Shown piece by piece: positions 26,699 through 32,000 of a DNA stretch of 32,000 nucleotides (the stretch's first letter is position 1; every line of letters starts with the position of its first letter). The position numbers and the translations under genes are program-made. The DNA comes from Ignicoccus islandicus DSM 13165 (GTDB taxonomy: Archaea; Thermoproteota; Thermoprotei_A; Sulfolobales; Ignicoccaceae): contig NZ_CP006867.1 in the NCBI RefSeq assembly GCF_001481685.1, positions 90,001 through 122,000 of the forward strand, in the 5' to 3' direction. The notes below the pieces were generated by a model. That model was not told the origin of the DNA. It did not search any database and saw only the letters and a program-made list of their open reading frames with translations.

Positions 26699-27316
26699 TC
26701 ATTCTTCAGTGCCGGTGATCCTCTTCACAGGACCCAGTACTTTCTTATAGAATATGAATTCTTGAAGTTTGTTTAGAACGTTAGACACGTAGTCTATCTT
26801 CCTCCTGAGTTCGTAATCGCGTGGATTAACGTGTAACATGAACACGTATATCTTCTCTATCGCGTCCCTTATCTTTTCGGCCTCTTCGATCTTTCCTTCT
26901 ATAAGGTAATCGGTAGCCAGCCTTAACATCTCCCCTGCAGAGTCCATGACACCAGCTACGTACTCTTGAACGCTAACGCCTATTTCCTCTGCTCTCGGTA
27001 TTTCGCCTTTAGTAACGAAGTAATAGAGGGCAAGCGCTTCCACGTATTCTTGATCTGCGGTCGATACTATGTTTACCGAGGCCAATTTCAAGTTGTCTTT
27101 AATGAGATCGTATATTTCGGCCCTCATCTTCTCTATATCATCTAAATAGGACTTCGCTTTATCGTACTCCTTTCTCCTTATCGCATATATACACAACTTG
27201 CTGTTCTTTATTATCTTTCTAGAAAGATCGTAAACCTTGTCCTTTAAATCGTCGTACTCGTCTAACTTCTTAGATAGTTCTTCTGCGTAATCTAAGTTCA
27301 GGACCATTGGTCTCAC
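26699..27316 (-). CDS. Translin-family protein (archaeal C3PO-like)
   Basis: The whole length follows the translin pattern: LSRKIIKNSKLCIYAIRRKEYDKAKSYL, DQEYVEALALYYF, EYVAGVMDSAGEMLRLA, EKIYVFMLHVNP and RRKIDYVSNVLNKLQE. Acidic residues (ExxE, D..GE) sit at positions matching the TRAX/C3PO catalytic site. Confidence 0.7.
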   Translation of the reverse strand: MRPMVLNLDYAEELSKKLDEYDDLKDKVYDLSRKIIKNSKLCIYAIRRKEYDKAKSYLDDIEKMRAEIYDLIKDNLKLASVNIVSTADQEYVEALALYYFVTKGEIPRAEEIGVSVQEYVAGVMDSAGEMLRLATDYLIEGKIEEAEKIRDAIEKIYVFMLHVNPRDYELRRKIDYVSNVLNKLQEFIFYKKVLGPVKRITGTEE

Positions 27317-27882
27317 ACATCTATACCGGCTTGTTTCAATCTATTTCTCATTGTTGGTACGTCCGTCTCTGGGAAGAGGGATAACCTCTCCCTAATTTTC
27401 CTAATGTTCAGTTGGATCTTCCCTCTCTTAGCGAGTTCGTTTACTCCCCTTATTTGGTCTATGGCATCCGGATCTTCGGACCTCGACTTCAACACTACGT
27501 AATCTTCGGGGGAAATCTTCCTTATCTTCACGCCTTGCAGCTCTATGGTCCCGGCCTCGTTCAGTATCTCTTCCGGAACGTAGAAGTCCATGATATTATC
27601 GTAGAACTCGACCTCCACTTGGCTCTTAGGACCCCTGACGGTGTATTTAGGGGTACCTAGGCCGGTATGACCGTACTCCCATCCCTTTTCGAACGCTAGC
27701 GTTCTAAAGAAGTCTTCCTCAACTAGCGCGAAATGGTTCGTCGGAAAGAGGTCTAGATCTCCACTAAACTTATTAGTGCGTAATTCTAACTCGATTGCAG
27801 TACTACCAATTATTACGCTTTCCAGACCTCCTTCTTCTAAGTTTTTCATGATGAATACTAAGTCATCTAGCGTATACGTCAA
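27313..27882 (-). CDS. Minimal nucleotidyltransferase-fold protein (pol-beta superfamily)
   Basis: ESVIIGSTAIELEL...FSGDLDLF gives the G-S ... D-x-D NTase signature. 189 aa. Its stop overlaps the translin start (ATGA). Confidence 0.6.
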   Translation of the reverse strand: MTYTLDDLVFIMKNLEEGGLESVIIGSTAIELELRTNKFSGDLDLFPTNHFALVEEDFFRTLAFEKGWEYGHTGLGTPKYTVRGPKSQVEVEFYDNIMDFYVPEEILNEAGTIELQGVKIRKISPEDYVVLKSRSEDPDAIDQIRGVNELAKRGKIQLNIRKIRERLSLFPETDVPTMRNRLKQAGIDV

Positions 27883-27888
27883 ACCTCA

Positions 27889-28056
27889 TTACCTCTTGCC
27901 ACCTAACTCGTAGTGTTTCGGTCTCAAGTTCTTGCTCCTACACCTCCTACATTTCGTTGCTCCCCAAGGGTTGAGAGCTCCGCAGTTCCTACAGACGTAC
28001 TTTTTCAATGCCCTCTTTTGAACTATAGCAATTAGTTCGGGATCCGTTATTGGCAT
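27889..28056 (-). CDS. rpl40e: 50S ribosomal protein L40e
   Basis: Not in the ORF track (55 aa). Hand translation: [55 protein letters not shown]. This closely follows the archaeal L40e pattern (MP.TDP...IVQ.R...K..CR.CGALNP..ATKCRRC.S.NLR.K). Confidence 0.9.
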   Translation of the reverse strand: MPITDPELIAIVQKRALKKYVCRNCGALNPWGATKCRRCRSKNLRPKHYELGGKR

Positions 28057-28127
28057 TGTTCAACCACCGATGCTCACGTAAGGGTGGAAGTAATTTAATA
28101 GTTGTGCTAGACCGTTCAAGGGGTTCT

Positions 28128-28787
28128 ATGAGAGAAATATTAAATGCCATAATGAATCTCAGTTACGAGGAATTTAAAGATAGAGAGGAATTCTCGCTCC
28201 TCCGGGTAGATAGGGAAATAGTAGTAAGGATGGATGGGGTCAAATTCGGAAGGTTTACAAAGGAGTTCGGCAGTGTAAGAGATCCGACAGTTCACAACGC
28301 GCTCGTAAGCTCAACTAAGGCCTTAATTCAGACGTATTCTTGCGACGAAGCGTACGTCTCAAGCGACGAAATCAATGTCTTCTGTAAGAGACCTCCGTTC
28401 GCCGGAAGGATAGAGAAAATAGATAGCGTGTTCCCCTCCTTCGTTAGCGCTAATTTTTCCCTAGAGATAGGAAAGGCTGCTTGGTTTGACAGTAGGATCG
28501 TGTTAATTCGCGAAACCGAGTGGCCCAAGTACGTAGCTTGGAGATTGAAGGTAACTTTATGCAACTACGCCTCGAAGCTAACCAATCTCCCTTGCCACGA
28601 GGCGCTTACGACAATAGAACCCGACGAGTATGCTTTCGGAACTCTAATAAAGAGAGAAAAATATTTAAAGAGGGCAGTAAATCCTCTCACTGGGGAAGTT
28701 GTTACAGTAGAACGGAGAAAGTTGAAAGCAATAACTGGATGGGCCTTATTAGGAGAATTAAAAAATGTGGTAGGTAACCCCGGCTGA
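28128..28787 (+). CDS. tRNA(His) guanylyltransferase-like protein (Thg1/TLP family, 3'-5' polymerase)
   Basis: VVRMDGVKFGRFTKEF, VSSDEINVF (catalytic carboxylates), GRIEKIDSVFPSFVSANFS and FDSRIV follow the Thg1 block order. I chose ATG 28128 (TAATTTAATA box at 28091-28100) because the track start at 28050 would overlap rpl40e and add non-homologous residues. Confidence 0.75.
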   Translation: MREILNAIMNLSYEEFKDREEFSLLRVDREIVVRMDGVKFGRFTKEFGSVRDPTVHNALVSSTKALIQTYSCDEAYVSSDEINVFCKRPPFAGRIEKIDSVFPSFVSANFSLEIGKAAWFDSRIVLIRETEWPKYVAWRLKVTLCNYASKLTNLPCHEALTTIEPDEYAFGTLIKREKYLKRAVNPLTGEVVTVERRKLKAITGWALLGELKNVVGNPG

Positions 28788-28885
28788 GAGTTAAACCGTG
28801 ATGAGGGAAGTTTTCAACCGAAGAGCTAAGTAAGACTCCCTAAATAGACGGACCCTATTTTTAACATTTTTAGCATCACTATACA

Positions 28886-30103
28886 TTGACGGGAACCAAC
28901 GTGTCAATACCTTCGGACGAGAGGACTCCCAGAACCTATGACGATGCTCAATACTCAATTGACGAAATTGAGGAATTGAAGAGGAAGTTAACGAAATTGC
29001 AAAAGGAGAATAAGAGATTGAGAGCTGAAGTAGAGTATTGGAAGACGGAAATAAACAAGATGACTTCACCTCCGCTCGTCGAAGCTACTCTCCTCGACGT
29101 GCTCCCAGATGGGAGGGCCATAGTGAAGTCCAGTGCTGGCCCTAGTCTCATCGTAGAGGTTAGCGGCAAGGTTCCTAAGGATCTACTGAGGCCCGGCGTT
29201 AGCGTAGCTATAAATCAGAGAGGAAACTTGATAGTTGAAGTGCTATCTAACATTGAGGACCCTAACGTTAAGGCAATGGAAGTAGTCGAAAGGCCTAAGA
29301 CGAGGTATAGCGATGTAGGTGGCCTCAAGGAGCAGTTAAGGGAAGTTAGGGAAGTAGTGGAATTACCTCTGAAGAACCCTGAACTATTCGAGGAACTCGG
29401 CGTGGAACCACTTAAGGGTGTCCTCTTATATGGACCTCCCGGTTGCGGTAAGACCTTGATTGCGAAGGCGGTAGCTGGAGAAGTAGGAGCCACCTTCATA
29501 AGGGTGGTCGGAAGCGAATTAATTAATAAGTTCATTGGAGAAGGCGCGAGGATCGTAAGGGAGGTATTCAACTTAGCTAGGAAGAAGGCTCCTAGTATTG
29601 TGTTTATTGATGAGATCGATGCAATCGCGGCCAAGAGAATAGAGTTGGGTACCAGTGGAGAAAGGGAGGTTCAGAGAACCCTCATGCAATTACTCGCGGA
29701 ACTGGACGGTTTCAACCCACTCAAAGGAGTTGCAGTAATAGGTGCCACTAATAGGTTAGACATACTCGATCCGGCAATACTTCGACCCGGAAGGTTTGAT
29801 AGAATAGTATACGTACCGCCGCCAGATAAGAAAGGCAGGTACGAAATATTCCTCATTCACACAAGGAAAATGAAGATGAGTCCAGACGTCGACTTAGAGA
29901 GACTGGCGGAATTAACGGAAGGAGCGACTGGAGCTGACATTAAGGCAATAGTAACGGAAGCTGGATACTACGCTATCAGAGCTGGAAGGAATTACGTAAC
30001 AATGGACGACTTCATGAAAGCTATAGATAAAGTGATGTCTAAGAGACTCGGAACCACGTACAGGCAAGCTCCAAAGAAGGAACATTCGCTAAATACAATT
30101 TAA
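28886..30103 (+). CDS. pan: Proteasome-activating nucleotidase (PAN, AAA+ ATPase)
   Basis: N-terminal coiled coil ([27 protein letters not shown]), then an OB segment ([26 protein letters not shown]), Walker A GPPGCGKT, Walker B IVFIDEID and second region of homology [23 protein letters not shown] start about 20 nt after an A/T-rich box. Confidence 0.9.
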   Translation: MTGTNVSIPSDERTPRTYDDAQYSIDEIEELKRKLTKLQKENKRLRAEVEYWKTEINKMTSPPLVEATLLDVLPDGRAIVKSSAGPSLIVEVSGKVPKDLLRPGVSVAINQRGNLIVEVLSNIEDPNVKAMEVVERPKTRYSDVGGLKEQLREVREVVELPLKNPELFEELGVEPLKGVLLYGPPGCGKTLIAKAVAGEVGATFIRVVGSELINKFIGEGARIVREVFNLARKKAPSIVFIDEIDAIAAKRIELGTSGEREVQRTLMQLLAELDGFNPLKGVAVIGATNRLDILDPAILRPGRFDRIVYVPPPDKKGRYEIFLIHTRKMKMSPDVDLERLAELTEGATGADIKAIVTEAGYYAIRAGRNYVTMDDFMKAIDKVMSKRLGTTYRQAPKKEHSLNTI

Positions 30104-30546
30104 GCCCCATAGAACTCTCTATATTCCTTCTCGTACTTCTTAATGAATTCCTTGAAGGCTTCTCTACTCAATTGGTCAGCTTCCTTGTTCAATTCTCTGG
30201 GTACCCATTCCAATTGATATTCGAAGTCCTTCAGCAGTTCCATAGCTTTCCTATAAAGGGGTTTCATGCGTTCGGACCTCACTCTATATTCTCCTTTCAA
30301 TTGCCTTATAACTAGCTGCGAATCCCCCCTTATTTTGACCTTCTTAATTCCCTTCTCTTTAAGACATTCCAATCCCCTTATCAAGGCCGTGTATTCCGCC
30401 ACGTTGTTGGTAACGTCGTCTCCTAGGAAGCCGGCTCCTACTACGCCCTTTCCCTTGCATATAACTCTTCCGTCGCTCTTGGCCACGAATCCGTAAGTAG
30501 CTACGCCTCCCGGGTTCTTCGGTTCGCAAAGCCCATCGAAATACAA
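30100..30546 (-). CDS. rnhA: Ribonuclease HI (archaeal type 1 RNase H, Sulfolobus tokodaii-like)
   Basis: [46 protein letters not shown] and [15 protein letters not shown] give the DEDD catalytic set. They track the characterised S. tokodaii RNase HI almost block for block. 148 aa. Confidence 0.88.
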   Translation of the reverse strand: MYFDGLCEPKNPGGVATYGFVAKSDGRVICKGKGVVGAGFLGDDVTNNVAEYTALIRGLECLKEKGIKKVKIRGDSQLVIRQLKGEYRVRSERMKPLYRKAMELLKDFEYQLEWVPRELNKEADQLSREAFKEFIKKYEKEYREFYGA

Positions 30547-30556
30547 GACTACTTCC

Positions 30557-31720
30557 TTAGAGGAGATATGGGAGTTTCGCGTATCTCTTTGCGAATTCCT
30601 CTACCTCCGTCAATCGTATCTTCTCGTTCGGCTTATGGGCTTCCATGGAATCCCCGGGCCCCCAAGTTACCACGTCATATCCCCTATAGAACCTCATGTC
30701 TAAACCGGCCTCACATACCCTCTTCGGCTCGCCCCAAGTCTTTTCTATTAATTCCGCCAGTTCACTGTTTTCATTTAATATACCTTGATCAACGAACTTG
30801 ACCCTTACTTTACCTCTTCCTTCCACTATTTCCTCGATCTTCCTAACTACGTCCTCTGGGCGGACCTCGGGAACGGTCCTCACGTCTATCGAGAACTTAA
30901 ATGAACCTGGTATTACGTTTTCCTTGTTCGATGTAGAGTAAGCTACGCCACCTATGTTATAGACAGTGAACTTAGCCATGGGATGACCGCTGGTGTACTC
31001 GTACTTGCTGAAGGTCTTCGAGAACTCCTCTTTCAATGCTCTGTCTATTTCAATAGCTAATGATGCAGCTTTAATGAAGGCGTTCTCGCCGACCCATGGC
31101 ATGGAAGCGTGGGCTTGGACGCCGCTCACTTCCACCTCTAACCATATTACGCCTTTGTGGCCTATCCATACCGTTCTAGAAGAGGGCTCAGCTATCACCA
31201 CCTTCTTACCTACTGGGTACTTGTCCTTTAGCGCGTTTACTCTATAAGCAGTTCCGCATAACCCCCCAACCTCTTCGTCTGGAACTAGTACGGCCTTTAT
31301 TTCACTACCTTTCCAATTGGAAAGGTTAGCCATTGCTAACATTATAGCTGCTACGCCGCCCTTCATGTCAACTGCTCCCCTGCCTATAACGTAACCGTTG
31401 ACCAGCTTGGCATCGAACGGGTCGCTCTCCCAACCTTCGCCAGGGGGAACGACGTCGTAATGCCCATTGAATTCTAATAAAGGATCTCCATCCCCTACTT
31501 TGGCTATTATTATGGGTCTCTCGGAACCGGTAGGACAAACCTTCGATCTATAGTCCTTGTCTACGTATTCTATCTTGGCCTCAATACCTCGTTCTTCGAA
31601 CCATCCTTTAACGAATTTAGCGAACTCCTCGTACTGCTTGCCTTCTGGCGAGACTGTATCATACGAAATAAGTTTCCTGAGTAGGGAAAATGCATCGTTG
31701 ATGGATGACCACCGAAGCAA
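30557..31720 (-). CDS. M20-family metallohydrolase (ArgE/DapE/LysK-like deacylase)
   Basis: LLRKLISYDTVSP, NGHYDVVPPGEGW, GRGAVDMKGG, VPDEEVGG and a later EPS block are typical of the M20 zinc peptidase/deacetylase family. TTG start. Confidence 0.8.
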   Translation of the reverse strand: MLRWSSINDAFSLLRKLISYDTVSPEGKQYEEFAKFVKGWFEERGIEAKIEYVDKDYRSKVCPTGSERPIIIAKVGDGDPLLEFNGHYDVVPPGEGWESDPFDAKLVNGYVIGRGAVDMKGGVAAIMLAMANLSNWKGSEIKAVLVPDEEVGGLCGTAYRVNALKDKYPVGKKVVIAEPSSRTVWIGHKGVIWLEVEVSGVQAHASMPWVGENAFIKAASLAIEIDRALKEEFSKTFSKYEYTSGHPMAKFTVYNIGGVAYSTSNKENVIPGSFKFSIDVRTVPEVRPEDVVRKIEEIVEGRGKVRVKFVDQGILNENSELAELIEKTWGEPKRVCEAGLDMRFYRGYDVVTWGPGDSMEAHKPNEKIRLTEVEEFAKRYAKLPYLL

Positions 31721-31764
31721 ATTACCATAATAGAGCTAATTACCTTTTAGATAAAGGAATCGAA

Positions 31765-32000
31765 TTGGGTGAGAGCATTAGAGGATTGGGTGAAAAGCAA
31801 ATAAAAATGATATTCTATAGATATAGATTGAAGCTAAGCTATAGCGAAATAGGCGACATGCTCGGAACTTCGAAGCAGAACGTTCACTCTACGTTGAAAA
31901 GGATAAATCGGAACTATACGGAGTGCAAGGAGATCGTGGAACTAGTTGAACTCGCATCCAATCCGTTCGTAGAGGTAACCAAAGGTTCTAACGTTATGGA
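31765..32000 (+). CDS. Partial CDS: HTH DNA-binding protein (sigma-70 region-4/LuxR/Tfx-like), continues past the right edge
   Basis: Open frame to the window end. GLGEKQIKMIFYRYRLKLSYSEIGDMLGTSKQNVHSTLKRINRNY fits the region-4-type HTH pattern. The start is uncertain (TTG 31765, TTG 31786 or ATG 31807). Confidence 0.4.
   Translation, partial: MGESIRGLGEKQIKMIFYRYRLKLSYSEIGDMLGTSKQNVHSTLKRINRNYTECKEIVELVELASNPFVEVTKGSNVM

Noticed and set aside
26699-27882. MNT-HEPN type toxin-antitoxin interpretation of the NTase plus downstream helical protein
   Set aside because: The downstream protein lacks an R-x4-6-H HEPN motif and instead matches the translin pattern along its whole length. At 189 aa, the NTase is also larger than typical MNT antitoxins.
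28050-28127. Upstream TTG start for the Thg1-like gene, as given in the ORF track
   Set aside because: It would overlap the rpl40e start codon region and add 26 residues ([26 protein letters not shown]) with no counterpart in Thg1 proteins. ATG 28128 has an A/T box at the right distance.

Overview
Gene-dense archaeal chromosomal segment, probably from a Sulfolobales-like crenarchaeon. This lineage call is an inference from gene content: archaeal-type ProRS, ribosomal protein L40e, PAN, LysW/LysX, class-I HMG-CoA reductase, an RNase HI very like the Sulfolobus tokodaii type, a CRISPR repeat ending ...ATAGAAAG, A/T-rich boxes about 25-30 nt upstream of many starts, and frequent GTG/TTG starts. 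I support about 39 CDS, 2 tRNAs (Leu-UAA and Pro-GGG, both with encoded CCA) and one 14-repeat CRISPR array with no cas genes in the window. Four CDS are not in the ORF track and were found by reading the sequence: lysW (58 aa), rpl40e (55 aa), the 5' end of secY at the left edge, and a partial HTH gene at the right edge. Most of the window is housekeeping. I see no clear-cut novel system. The best candidates are: (1) a tight RNA-end-processing neighbourhood at 24.1-28.8 kb (rtcA, a uridine-kinase-fold protein with an extra domain, a PUA protein, translin/C3PO-like, a minimal nucleotidyltransferase, L40e, and a Thg1-like enzyme); (2) the cas-less CRISPR array, which has a repeat-fragment scar, a palindrome in its leader and a stand-alone Mre11/SbcD-like nuclease beside it; (3) hmgA sandwiched between, and overlapping, mismatched ABC-transporter parts; (4) a Roadblock/LC7-double-zinc-ribbon fusion next to two orphan ORFs. 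All functional calls come from motif recognition by eye. No searches were run.
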